Of a DNA stretch of 64,000 nucleotides, positions 13,561 through 26,443 are shown piece after piece; position 1 is the stretch's first letter; each line of letters opens with the position of its first letter. The notes under the pieces were generated by a model. That model was not told the origin of the DNA. It did not search any database and saw only the letters and a list, made by a program, of their open reading frames with translations. Both the position numbers and the translations under genes were made by a program. This DNA is from Eledone cirrhosa (Eukaryota), in contig OZ024741.1 of NCBI GenBank assembly GCA_964016885.1, forward strand, positions 282,038,001 through 282,102,000, written 5' to 3'.

Positions 13561-14437
13561 GGTTGTTGGTCATAGACCCAACTGCAAAACCCTCCTCAAT
13601 TCTGGGGAGGGGGCAATAGGGGAGGGAAATAGGTATTAAGTTACAGGTGGTTGTGAGGATAAGTAGGGATGGCTGATTAGTGTATGTTTCATAACTGTAG
13701 TTGTTTAACTGTAGGTCAACCATGAATGAGTTATTCCAACCATAATCATTCCATTTCCTTTTTAATATCATCCTTTCTTTTAAGAGGTGGCTGGGTGCGA
13801 TTTGAAGGAGATTTGGCTGTTATTTCTAGCATATAGTATGTCTACTGGCACATCCAGCATTAGATCACCTGGAAAGCTGAAATGTATTCAATGATTAATT
13901 AAGCATAATTGATAACAATTTATCACTGCTTCAACATGACCACAGCTGGTCGACTAATACAAATATAAAAAGTGGACATGTATAATCCTTGTAGATAATG
14001 ATGATGATGAAGAGGAGGAGCAGGAGAAGGAGAAGAAGACATTAAGAATCTTTGACAAGAGAGAACTGAATCAATAGAATGCCAACCAGCTTGAAACATG
14101 TCTTGCTACCCTTCTGCCACCCATCTCACCTCCCACCTATTCTTTATTTAGTTAAGAATTTACTATGACAACTCACTAGTTGTTGCAAAACAGTTTTCCT
14201 CTCTTAAATAATAAATTAATTTAAATTTATTTAACCTCTCTAGTGCTGGCTCCATGCACCCAGTATGTTCTGGAAAATGGTCATGCTGGCACCACAATAA
14301 AATGTACACAATACATTCAGTAAAGTGGTTGGCATAGGGAAGAGCATCCAACTGTAGAAACCATGCCTATAACAAAAAGGATTGAGAAGACTATTTGGCT
14401 GCGTCAAGAACACAACAACCTTCCTTTGTGTCTAGAT

Positions 14438-15016
14438 CAGGCATGGCAACCTTTTTCAAGTTGTAGGCCTCATAGGATGTGGCTCATCAGAAGGTGGGCT
14501 GTGGACCTTATAGGATGTGGCTCATCATAAAGCGTACTGTGGGCCTCATAGGATGTGGCTCATCATAAGGGAGACTGGGGGACGCATAGGTTGTGGGTCA
14601 TCAGAAGGCAGGCTGTGGGCCTCATAAAATATGGCTCTTCACAAGGTGGGCTGTGGGCCGCATAGGTTGCGGCTCATCGTAAGGTACCATAGGCGTCATA
14701 GGTTGCGGCTCATCATAAGGTACCATAGGCCTCATAAGGTAGGTTGTGAGCCTCATAGGATGTGACTCATCGTAAGGCAGATTGTGGGTCATCATAAGGT
14801 CGGTTGTGGGCCTCATAGGATATGGCTCATCATAAGGTGGCCTTCATAGGATGTGGGTCATCATAAGGCAGGCTGTGGACCTCATAGGATGTAGCTCATC
14901 ATAAAGTGGGCCCCATATGATGTGGCTCAAGATAAGATGAGCCATACTACTAAAAAATTCAAGCCAATTTTAAAATTAGGCGTGCCATTCAGTAAACTGT
15001 AGTTTACCCATGACTG
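14438..15016. mobile_element. hAT (Charlie/Buster-like) MITE with internal minisatellite
   Basis: TIRs CAGGCATGGCAAC / GTTTACCCATGACTG; 8-bp TSD GTCTAGAT / GTCTAGTT (NTCTAGAN-type target); interior ~38 bp units GGCCTCATAGGATGTGGCTCATCATAAGG. Confidence 0.8.
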
Positions 15017-16500
15017 GTCTAGTTTGTGTGGCTGTATGTTGGTAACCACCAGGTGAAGAAGGTTAAGGATGATATTACCTGCATAGAAGTATGTGTTGTT
15101 AGAGGTTACAGCAATATGTCATCGATATACAGAAATAATAGAGTGAGAGAATTACTGGACTTTGGGCCCCACACTAAAAATTATGCTCAGTCTTTCTTCT
15201 TCACAACATTGTCTTCTAGAATTTCATCTCAGCACACGAAGGAAGGTACTGGAGCATGGAGTAACAGAATTGATAGAACAAAAATGTTTAGTAATATTTA
15301 ACTATGTTAGAGCAGTGGGTTGGCAGTATCAGTAGAGCATCGGACAATATGCTTTATGGCATAGAGTGATGTTCTTTTGTTCTGAGTTCAAATCCCACCA
15401 AGTTAAACTTTGCCTTTCATCCTTACAGGGTCAATAAAATAAAGTACTAGTAAAATATTAGACTTTATTTAATCAGTAAGGCTCTAGTGCATAAATTAAA
15501 AATTGATATTTGACTATGTTCCTATACATTAAAGGTAGAAAATTAGCAGAGTCATTAGAATGTCAGATGGACTGCTTTGTGGTATTTGCTCTGACTCTCT
15601 GAGTTCAAATCTCACCGAAGTCAACTTTGCCTTTCATCCTTTCAAGGTCAATAAAAAAAGGTTCCAGTCTAGTACTGAGGACCGAGTCTTCCTCGATATC
15701 TTTTTGTCACTTCCTCTCTTTCACTCTCTATCCTTCTTTGGAAAAAATCTGCTGTATTTACCTCGAGAGGGTATGGGCTCTGCCAGGTTAAAAATGCCCA
15801 AGAAATGCTGTATGTCAATAAGGTGCCCCTAAGACTCCAATATCACATCGTGAATTCAAATTCTGTTGGGTCAACTTTGCCTTTCAATTTCCAAGGTTGA
15901 TAAAATAAATACCAAGTACCATTTATATGATTGATTGTGCTTTCATCTGAAAAGTAGGGGCTTGTACCAAAGTGGGAAATCATTCTTTGCCTAGAGATAT
16001 GACACAATTATTGTAGCATGCTGTCAATAATTTGAAGCAAATCTATCAATATACAATCCTTATAACTTAATTGATTATAAACATGCATCTGCATCTACAA
16101 TATTTAAAACAGAATATCAAAAGTATTGATTGCACCAGTCTGGGAAAACCCATGAAGGTTACAAGTACTACCCATCCTCCTCCAATTAATTCATAAAATA
16201 ATTATACATCAGTAACAGATGTGCATAAAATAATCACACCCCACCCCACCCCATACACAGTTACATAACACACACATTCCGTACAAAATTATCCAAAGGA
16301 ACTTCACTGACATGTTGAAAATAACAAAGAAACAATTCACTAGATTCAGTGAATAATTCTTGGCCTCTTTGTTACAAACAATAATTGAGAAAATATTTAA
16401 ATGCTCTTACAATTAATAGCTAATTGACAAGAATATAATGAACAAATAATATATTTTGATGCACTAACATATATAAATACACACACACATATACACACAT

Positions 16501-16543
<43 letters not shown>

Positions 16544-16741
16544 TACACATATATACATATACACACACACTTATGTGTGAGTTTATATATAAAATACACA
16601 AATATATATGTATACAGATGAAGATATATACAAATATATCCAGATGTACACACTCCTCATGAAATTCATTACGCATACATTAACATGTGTACTCATTTCT
16701 ATGTGTGTAGTTGTCCAACACAAAGCATTCCTTTCTGCAGA

Positions 16742-17746
16742 ATGGCAGTAAAAAAATCTTATATCTTTATACTAATCTCGTTAGTTTCTTTATTACTTGT
16801 TATTTATTATACAACTGCTACAAACAAGTTAAAGTTAAACATCTTGAAAATTGGATACACTGAGAAGAGGGAAACACACTTCAAAATCTTTCTAAACGGA
16901 AAACTTATTGTGAATGAGAGTTACACAGACAGACGTAATGACACTGTGTTCAGAATTCTACGGAAAAGTGGATTAATACTGAACATGACAAAACCTTCTT
17001 TTGGTTCACTGACGCCATTTGATCTCACATCTAAGCGTAGTAAAGTGGTGGAATTATTTTCTCCTTATCTCCCTTACACAGAAAAAGCAGTGTTCCTTTA
17101 TGTTTTCCAAAATTTCATAGACGTCTGCTCACAGAATAACATAACACACTTTATGAAAAGTGGAACTCTTCTCGGCTCTTACCGCCACCATGGACTTATA
17201 CCTTGGGATGATGACATTGATATCTATGTAAAACATTCTCACAGAAACATCCTGATTGATAGTGTAAGTAGGCAAAAGAACTTCCATCTGTACACTCCAG
17301 GAAATTTCCAGTGGAAATATTACCATAAAATACTTTCAGTACCTATTCGCAATAGTATTCCATTCAAATGGCCTTATATTGATATATTCTTTTGGCACAT
17401 GGATGAAAAGTTTCTCTATGATGTAACAAAATCCCAAAAAGTGACAATAACTAAAAGTGAATGGATATTTCCTCTTATAAAAAGACCATTTGAGGGTGCC
17501 TTACTAGACAGCCCAAGAGAAACAAACAAATATTTGAAGATTGAATATGACCTGAATAAGTGTTGCCAGAATTCTTACTCTCACAGATATGAACGTTTAT
17601 CAATATGGTATTCCTGTGTTCAATGCTCAGAACTCTGGGAAAATATCCAATATGTACAACGCAAAAATGTTTCTAACTGCACAAAATTTGAGAAGCTGAT
17701 ATATAAAAACAAAACTGTCAGTCTATTTAATTACACAGTCTGTTGA
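16742..17746 (+). CDS. LicD-family nucleotidyltransferase-fold phosphotransferase (fukutin/FKRP-like), type II membrane protein, 334 aa
   Basis: N-terminal signal-anchor (MAVKKSYIFILISLVSLLLVIYY); LicD motifs GTLLGSYRHHGLIPWDDDIDI and WPYIDIF; several N-x-S/T sequons; C-terminal Cys cluster. Acceptor CCTTTCTGCAG ends at 16740, one base before the ATG, so the ORF-track start 16685 is probably intronic. ATTAAA near 17872. Confidence 0.9.
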   Translation: MAVKKSYIFILISLVSLLLVIYYTTATNKLKLNILKIGYTEKRETHFKIFLNGKLIVNESYTDRRNDTVFRILRKSGLILNMTKPSFGSLTPFDLTSKRSKVVELFSPYLPYTEKAVFLYVFQNFIDVCSQNNITHFMKSGTLLGSYRHHGLIPWDDDIDIYVKHSHRNILIDSVSRQKNFHLYTPGNFQWKYYHKILSVPIRNSIPFKWPYIDIFFWHMDEKFLYDVTKSQKVTITKSEWIFPLIKRPFEGALLDSPRETNKYLKIEYDLNKCCQNSYSHRYERLSIWYSCVQCSELWENIQYVQRKNVSNCTKFEKLIYKNKTVSLFNYTVC

Positions 17747-18918
17747 CAATACTATCTAGAATTCTAAAAGGTATGTAATAGTTTCATTCCAAAATATTCC
17801 ATTCTTCAAACAACACACTTACACATAACACATAACAAATATTGATATTTCCCATTTTCATACATTTTACTATTAAACCATGCATGCATGGTCTTGTAAC
17901 TCCTAATGGGATCATAGAGGCGCCAGAGTGACATACAGTGTTTCTAGAGCATCTTTTTTTTAAATCCTGGCAGAGCCCACCCCTCTACAGATCTGAACAC
18001 AGCAGATTTCTTCCAGAGAAGGATAAAAAGTGAGAGAGAGGAAGTGAGAAAGAGATATACAGGAAGAATCAACCACAGTACTAGACTGGTACTTTTCTTT
18101 ATGGATCTCAAAAGAGAGTAATTTTAAATATAAGGCTAATTTAAATAAAGATAAAGTTACTCTATAGAAGAATGGTCTATATCTTCTTTTTGTTGTTATT
18201 GTTGTTGAACTCTAGGTCAGCCTTAACTATTGCAGGGTTATAAATTATGCCCTGCAACATCACATAAGCAGAAAGGTAAAATGAGAGGGTCTCTTTCCTT
18301 ATGGGGATTTGATGTGAGTGGTTGTATGTCTGTGAACTGGTGTGAAACCCAGGATCTCTTGCCAGAAATGCTGGGTTTCACATGAGGAAAAGAGCTCCTT
18401 TTGCGTTTGTTGCCCTTCTGCTCACATGACATCACTGTTCTTGTTACTTCCAGCCTAACACTCATAACCCCATGGTTATACTATCATTTTATATGTCCAA
18501 GTCTGTTTTAAGACTGTTGAGTGGCCAGACAGAGGCATTCTTCATTATAAGTGTGGAAGGTATTGTTGTGAGTGTATATGTTTGTGTTTCTATGTCCATT
18601 TAACTCTTAATATCCTGTAAACAATAATTTTATTTACAATAATAATAATAATAATGACAACTATAATAATGGCAATAATAAAAAAAAAAGGAAACAAAAG
18701 AAAAAAAACAATGGGGAAATATAGAGAAAAAAAGAGAAAAAGAAAGGAATAAAGAACGGGAAGGGGAGGGGATGGCAAGAACTCTGGTGTTGCAGAAGGG
18801 AGGGGAGGGGGGAAGGAGGAAGGTAACAAAATGGGTTTGTTAATTCAAATGTTTATAGAATTTTTTTACTAGTGGACAGATCATTATGAAAATCTGTATA
18901 ATTTAACTAAAGACTTAA

Positions 18919-19134
18919 CCCTTTAGCATTTAAACCGGCTGTATCCGGCCAGAATTCTCTCACCTCTTTCTGTTCAAACCAGCTGTAACCGGCCACTCAT
19001 ACTGATATTAAGGTATTGTTCTCAAAATAAATAATATCAAATTCTCATAGATTCCATATTATGTGAGATAATTATGTAAGATAATTACTGTGCAAATACA
19101 ATAATAAATATAGAGTAATGTAAATGCTAACGGG
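18919..19134. mobile_element. piggyBac-like MITE
   Basis: TTAA TSD on both sides; TIR CCCTTTAGCATTTA / TAAATGCTAACGGG. Confidence 0.8.
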
Positions 19135-19934
19135 TTAAATTGTTAATGTGATGCAATCATAGTGCTGTTCTCTACTTTTCAAGAATGCCTTGTTAATGCA
19201 GTTTCTTGAGGTATAGGACGTTAGGATAAAAGTAGTAGGACGTAGTAGATAAAAGGGGGCTGTGGGCAATAAAAAAAGAGAGAAATGCAAATTAACATGG
19301 CAAAATTATATCAGATATTTACAACTAGAAAAGGGGGAAATAGGAGTACTTTTTGATGACTATTTTCTGTTCTAGGGACTTATTTTTCTGTATTTTCTGA
19401 AGTAAAAAATATTGCAAAGTTATTCAATACAATTTTCAAATTCCACCACTTTCTAATCATGTGATGTTTACATACACACCCACATATATATATATATATG
19501 TATGTATATATATGTGTGTGTGTATATATATATACACACACACACACAAACACAATTAATACAAAATGAAAACCAAGGTTGTTATTCAAATTCTACCTTT
19601 ACCAAAAGTAATAGTGGATTATTACACTCTAATTATATATTACACACACACACATACACACATATATATATATATACACGCACATATATATAATACCCAA
19701 TGTGTGTTGGTCTATTGGTTCAATATCACGTTAGACAACATATATATATATATATATATATATAGACAGATATGAATTAATATACAGTTGAAAGAGGAGT
19801 GGAATGGCAGTGAGAGGGCTAGAGGAACATAATTGTCATTTGCAGAGACAACAGAGTAAACAAGAACATTGTAAATTTTAACATCCAAAACGTGACTGTA
19901 ATGCTAATAACTATGAAATGAAATCGAAGACATA

Positions 19935-21655
19935 CTGTATTTTTAGGAATATAGGACGTGCTTTTTTCCAAAGTTTGACCCTCAAAATCACTGTGTGTCT
20001 TATAAGGCGAAGGTCAGGTTCGAGGTAATTACTGTATGTAAAAATTTTATAATTAAAAATGGCCTCAACTTGAGGAACAATTGAAAACCTGGGTTCTTGA
20101 CAACCAGAACGAAGGTCGAGTTGTATCAACCAAAACCACAATTTATCAGGTTAAATTTATGGCAGCTAAAAGAGGTCATAATTATTTCAGTGGCCATGCA
20201 AGCTGGTGTTTTCATTTCATGAAAAGAAACAAATTGGCTATGCGTACAAAAACTGGGATAGCACAAAAAATACCAGAAACTTTGAAATATGGGCTAGGTG
20301 CCACTGACATCTGATGTTCTTTCAAACAGGACTGTGGATGTTAAAGGTACCAAAAACAGTAACTGTTAACATGACTAGTCACAAAAATTGACTTGTGGTG
20401 CTGATGGCATGAAACTGATGCCATTTCTAATTTTTAAAAGAAAAAGACACTTTTCAATTGGGAGTCGTTATTCATGTCCCAAGGGGTAAATGGACGAAAA
20501 TGATGTTAAGTTATGGCTAGATAAAGTATGATCACGGCGTCATGATGCTTTACTCAAAAGACCATCATCCTTATTTGGGACCAATTTCGTGTACATATGG
20601 CTGAGAATACAGTAAGCAGGGTAAAGAACTTAAACACTGAAATAGCTGTCATACCTGGTGGACTGACTTCTCAATTACAACCCCTTGATGTTTCACTAAA
20701 CCAGCTTTTTAAGGCACATATGAGAGAGGAATGGGCTAATTGGATGAAGGACCCGCAACATGAAGTGACACCAACAGGACGTATGAAGAGGCCTACATTT
20801 TCCCAGGTAACACTGGGTGAAAAGATTTGTGGGGTGCTGTGAAAACTGAGACAGTTATAAAAGCTTTCTAAAAATGTGGCATCAGCAATGCCCTAAATGG
20901 CACTGAAGATGATTTTCTGTATAATGATAACAACACAAGTGCTTCTGAAAACAGCGATGACCCCAAGGAATGCGAGAAAAATAATGAATTTCAGGAACTA
21001 GACAAGGGTGACAGCCAGGAAATCAATGAGGATGACAGTAGATTTTATAAGATTTGAAAGTGATTAAAATTTTATTAGCGTTAATAGTGTTAATTCCCAT
21101 TAATTTTATTTTTCCTGGATATTCATGTTAAATTTAGAATTTGTCCTATATTTGATAAATTTCGACCTTACACACTTACACCTCTCCAAGACAATGTCAC
21201 TGGACCGAGATCTTTGGCGTTATGTAGTAATACAGAAGACCCGCCTTGCCTAAGTACAAAGCGAAACCTACAGTCAGTAGGCACCTCCTAACCAAAAATA
21301 CACCCCCATCCCACTACCCCACCCCTTTCTCTGTAAAGTTATGTTGGTGCCACAACATCCAGTCCTAAATAAATGAGATCATGTAGGTGTCAAGTCAAAA
21401 AAACAGTCAACGCTGTAATGTGGCCGTGTAGGTAACACGGTAAAAACCTCCCAGTCCACATTGTAAACGTAGTTGGTGTTAGGAAGGGCATCGAGCCGTA
21501 GAAAACCCACCAGACAGTCCTATACAAGCAAGACAACCAATCTTGCCTCACGTGGGACAATTCCCGTCTAAACCCATGTTAGCGTGGAAGATAGACGTTT
21601 AACGATGATGATGATGATGATGATTCCAGTGCATCTTATATTCCGAAAAATACGG
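19935..21655 (+). mobile_element. Decayed pogo-family DNA transposon
   Basis: TIRs CTGTATTTTTAGGAATATAGGACGTGC / GTGCATCTTATATTCCGAAAAATACGG; HTH remnant (ASWCFHFMKRNKL); DDE_1 motif AVIPGGLTSQLQPLDVSLN; frameshifted; RTE 3' end inserted near the right TIR. Confidence 0.85.
21160..21624 (+). mobile_element. RTE family A 3' fragment nested in the pogo element
   Basis: Matches 39605-39960 plus the terminal region (DLTHLHLSKTMSLDRDLWR) and ends in (GAT)n. Confidence 0.85.
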
Positions 21656-23292
21656 GATATTCTATTATATATTAAAGGTTTATATTATTCATAAGAAATT
21701 GACTGATAAACTATAGAGCAAAATTGGAGACATAATCTATTATAGATGCAATCCAAAAATCCAAAATCCAGGGCCTTCACACTCCTGTTGGAGGAACCCC
21801 CCTCTGACCTCCATCACTTCCAATCTCTGGCCATATTGGGCCATGTGGGGCAGAGATATTGGGTCAGATCATCGTGCTATCTGGCTTTTGGCTGCCCTCT
21901 GGCTCTTCTCCACTGCTTTGGTATCCACTCGTCTCTAAAACAAGAGAAATGGCCAACCCATTTGTTTGCTTTTCTTGATGGTCTCAATTATGTCCTATAC
22001 AAAATATATTATTTATATTATTCTTAAGATATTTGACTGAGAAATAAATATTTTAAATCTAAATATATGAAGTGTGATGTGTCTATTAATAATATACAAT
22101 TTAGAATCCACAGCTCTGTGGGATAGTTACACTACTTCATTATCAGGGATGTTCAACATGTCATATAAAATGCTTTGCGGTATTCATTTCAGCTCTCTGC
22201 TCCACCAGGTTAAAAAGATGCCATAGAAATGCTGTATATTAAATGTGGCGCCCCTACAAGCCCTCAGGATTTATGGGACCATGCATTCATGCATATGTTG
22301 AACACCTGCAATATACATTATTCTTGAATATAAAAATAAAGACATAACACAGGCATAAATCTTTCAAACAGTCAGTAGCTGTTTAGTGGTTAACACACTA
22401 GCACATCGTCCAAGATATGTGGGGTTTAATTCCTTACAGTCACTTCTGTCCACTTTTTCTATCTCCAGGAGCACTTTGCTTGATTTTCTCAGCTATTGGT
22501 TGTAGTGACTGACTACTATTATATTATTATGGTCATTTGCACTGGTGGACACAAACATTCCAAATATATAGTTTTCCCAATGCTTCTTAAACCAACTGGT
22601 TGTTTGAAATTCTAGCTTAAAAATCTTCTAAATAGATAGAATTGCTGGTCAGCAGCTCTTTAGTGCAATGGCTAACATACTCACCTGGCATCCTGGGAGA
22701 TACAGGGTTTGATCCTTGCAGGGGTACTTGCCAGATTTTCTCAGTGGTTTTGTTGGTGACATGACAATGAAAAAGTACCCAGACCAACCTGTCAGTTGGG
22801 CATTTTGGTGTCATGTAAATGTGGTTGTGTTAGGAAGGGCATCCAGCTGTAGAATCCAGGCTAGAAACGGTCACCTGATCTGACTTTTCTCACAGCGGAA
22901 CAACTCGTCTAATTTATGCTGGCGTGGGGAATGGACATTAAACAGTGATGATGACAATGATGTTTGTAAGAATCAACGATTACTGGTCGTTTGCACTGGG
23001 GCACATACATTACAAATTTATAATTGTTGTGTTTTAACATAAGTAATCGTTTTAGCCAAATCTAGCTGTACTGAATTTTGTTATTTATTATTTTTTCCAT
23101 GTATTTATATATCGACGGTTACCTATGATGGCAAAATTTCCCGTCACATGATGGGTAATACTCTAGTATTGTATCATTTATTAAAACAAGTCATATGTAT
23201 TGCGAGTGCACGGTTGCCTTCTCGTATGTGTGTGTGTATGCACACAGACATAAATACATACACACATACATACCTGCATACACACACACACA

Positions 23293-25046
23293 CAGTGGCG
23301 GACTGGGTCTAAAAATATTAGTTGCCAGGAGATAAAGGGCCCCACCCACATATAGAATGCTATCATTTAATTTTTTGAATGAATAAATAACATTTTCAAA
23401 AAATACACAAGTGAAAACAAAACAGTGCAATCAAACTTTAGCGGAAAAAATGTGTATTTTTTACTAATTATAATGTACATATACTGTACATATTACTGGA
23501 AATATACAGTAATACTAAATGTTAATACAGAATGTTATAATTGAATTTTTAAATAATTGTGAATGTTATAGTATATTATTATTTAGAGTGTGCAAATAAC
23601 CGTTCTTATCATCTCCAATAAAAAAATATACACATCCAGAGACTTTCAATAATTGTTTCTACGTTAGGCACAAGGCCAGCAATTACCCAGTGCATTACTG
23701 GTACTTTATTTTATCGACCCCGTAAGGATGAAAGGCAAAGTTAACCTCGTTGGTCTTTCACACACAAATATATATATCTGGGAGTGTGTGTATGTGTGTA
23801 CACGTACATGTGTATATATAGATTTATATACCGACAGTTGAAAATTGCAAACTTGACTGTCACCACATATTATGAACCTGAAGATTGCGAAAGCATGAAA
23901 GTACTTGTTCAATTAACACTTAGAATTTAATATTCTATCATACTATTTCATTATAATACCATTATATATTTTAAAGGATTGTAAATAAAACGAGTAAATC
24001 AGACAAAGTTGGAATTCCTCTTATTATAATCTTCTATACACAATCATACACACCCGTGTATATTTACCTATCTATATCTATATATAGATTTATATATATG
24101 TATACATACATGTTTTCAACTTGTACAACATTATTTTCCCTAGTGACTTCAGACTGAAGAACTGACCACGAATTGATTTTACATATCTTTAACCCATTGA
24201 TTTCAAATTATTAAGCCAACAGCTTGTGTGTATGTATGTATGCATGTATGTATGCATGTCAGGTCACCAGTTGGTGCTACTGGTAACATGTATCCCAGTA
24301 CAACCTGTCTCATGGTCGGGTCGTTGGCGACTAAACTGGCAACCCCACCAAGGTTTCTTGGTGAGGAGGGTGACTTTGGACATCCTGCAGGACTAAAAAC
24401 AAAACCTGTCAAAGGGCAAAGGAGCTCTTAAGAGTCAATGGCCATCCAAAATCACCGGGAGAGATGACCCCTTAGCCTTTGTCAAGGCAGAATTCTAGGA
24501 GAAGGAAAACTCTGATATAACACCTGCAACCCTGATGGTATCCAATGATGTTGACTTGTTCTTCTTTTTGGTAAATATCATCTTGGTTAAGAGAGTGGGA
24601 CTGGCTTTGTGCAGTGCCTTTGCTCACTATAAAAGCTTCACGGCACAGGCATTGCTTTATATCTGGAGATCTCCCTGCACTTGTCCTCACATGGTACCAT
24701 GGGCCCAGCACTATGTGTCAATAATTGTCACAAGTGTAGTGTTTGTACCAGAGGTTTCAAGTCGCTGGCTGGACTAAAAAGTCACACTCGTTCAGCGCTT
24801 CGGTAGGGGTTATCCTACATGGATATAAAGTAGTGGCCGTACTCGAAAACGAGTTGGCAGCCACCATGTATGCATGCATGAATTAATGAATACAGTAAGC
24901 TGGTTTCTATTAATTCCCTAAGGAATTGTTTGACCAAATGTTTTGCTTATAAGATATTTTTTGAAAGTAAAGCATTGACCCTGCAATGCTAGCGTGGGCC
25001 CCCTCGGACCCCCTTGCCATTGGGCAACCTGGCCAATCCGCCACTG
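23293..25046. mobile_element. Non-autonomous TIR element (hAT-like ends) with nested insertions
   Basis: TIRs CAGTGGCGGACTGG / CCAATCCGCCACTG with subterminal GGGCCC; TSD unresolved in (CA)n; contains a SINE piece (23650-23750) and the 24260-24868 repeat. Confidence 0.6.
24260..24868 (+). repeat. ~600 bp interspersed repeat, copy 1 (partly RTE 5'UTR-like)
   Basis: High identity to the reverse complement of 28662-29240; contains CTAGGAGAAGGAAAACTCTGA, resembling RTE 5' regions; flanked by microsatellite. Confidence 0.8.
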
Positions 25047-25559
25047 CATGACTGCATGCACACATACATGCATGCACGCATATGTGTTTGTGTTTTGATG
25101 AATCTGTATGTGTCAACAAAACCAAAGACAACTTGATAAGCCCAGTTACTGACGACCGACGGAAAATAATTTTGGATAGTTTAAAGTTTTTATTTACATA
25201 ACTAAATCAGGATAGCCTTTTTTTTTCACATTTTGTTCGTAGCACTTAACATTAGTAAGATATGAATAAATATAAATAAAAAACAAAAGTATTTTATCAA
25301 GAAATATCTATTAAATCTTCGACCAAATATATTATACAAATGATCAAACAACCACACAATCTATGTAGTTTTCATATTACTAATTACTGATTTAAAAAAG
25401 TATTTTTTTTATTTATTAATTAACCAATCTCCACGACGGGTGCTCTCCACAGAAAAAGAGGAATTTACGGCAGTTTTGAAAGTTTAAAACAAATTCTGTA
25501 TTAATGTGTGTGTGTATATACATAAATACTAGGTCCGAGCACAAAGGAACTAAACTCCC

Positions 25560-25900
25560 ACTGTCACTGCTTCCGTCTCTCCCGCTCCTCCCAACTATCA
25601 CTATTATAAGCAAATGGCGGTCCACGCGTTGACCGCCCAGCGGCCCCGGCGGACAGAATAGAGAAGGCGTTTCCCCGGAGGATGGTGAAGGAAACGCACT
25701 GGAAGAGCCATTCCATCTCGCGAGGCTCACACCTGCGGGTAGTCAATTCTGTGCGATGGTGGTGAATAAGGAGGTGTCTCTAGGACGAAGGACACCAGAA
25801 GTCTATTTGTACAAAACATGAAACATCACATAAATTTCACCTTCAATATTCTAACCAAACCTATTGAATAACTCGCCTGCGAGCGTGTTGACTTGCTTAA
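25560..25900. promoter_or_regulatory. CpG-rich island: candidate promoter and/or structured ncRNA
   Basis: Unique GC/CpG-rich patch in AT-rich DNA; TATAA, AAATGGCGG (YY1-like), TCTCGCGAG and CTTCCG motifs; several hairpins. Confidence 0.5.
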
Positions 25901-26443
25901 AAAATTTCCAACGACCTTTACAGTGTGTAATCGATTGACGCATTTAGTGGTAAATTGATGTTTTTTGTCGGGTTTTTTCTCTCGCTTTGATATTTTTTGT
26001 GTATTGTAATTATAAGGTTGCTAGCAATAAATTGTATTTATTATTTCTGTTTATATTTTCATTCTGGAAGAAGTATTCGATAAAGAAACTACTGTATAAT
26101 ATATATGTGAAAGATGTATAATTTATATATAAACGAATAAAGGTATTTAACTACCGAAAAAAAGTTTTTATATTTATATATTTCTCTGCACGTTGCATTT
26201 CCTAAACCTCACTTTCCAATCACATACGTACACATAAAAAGAAAAGAGAGAAAGAGTAGTTTATACAAAAATTAGAAGCTAAAGTTACACGAACTGTTGG
26301 TACTCTGAGTTTGACGATGTCATTCATTTGATTATTATAATGTTCATTTCCATCCATCCATATGTATGTATCGGCGTATATATATATGTGTGTGTGTGTG
26401 TGACAATTACATATTATTAAGGGAATATAATACTTTCATTATT

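Noticed and set aside
15220-15245. Possible 26-nt 5'UTR exon of the LicD gene
   Set aside because: Only AG/GT signals with a weak donor; insufficient evidence.
16685-16741. Upstream ATG extension of the LicD ORF
   Set aside because: Lies before a good splice acceptor and displaces the signal-anchor; probably intronic.
22144-22308. Short TIR pair CAGGGATGTTCAACAT / ATGTTGAACACCTG
   Set aside because: Possibly an old hAT MITE, but no matching TSD.
22375-22730. Two tRNA-like segments
   Set aside because: Degenerate A/B boxes without a complete cloverleaf; probably old SINE heads.
25615-25860. Telomerase RNA or RNase P/MRP identity for the GC-rich element
   Set aside because: No CTAACCCT template and no recognisable P4-forming CR-I/CR-V pair.
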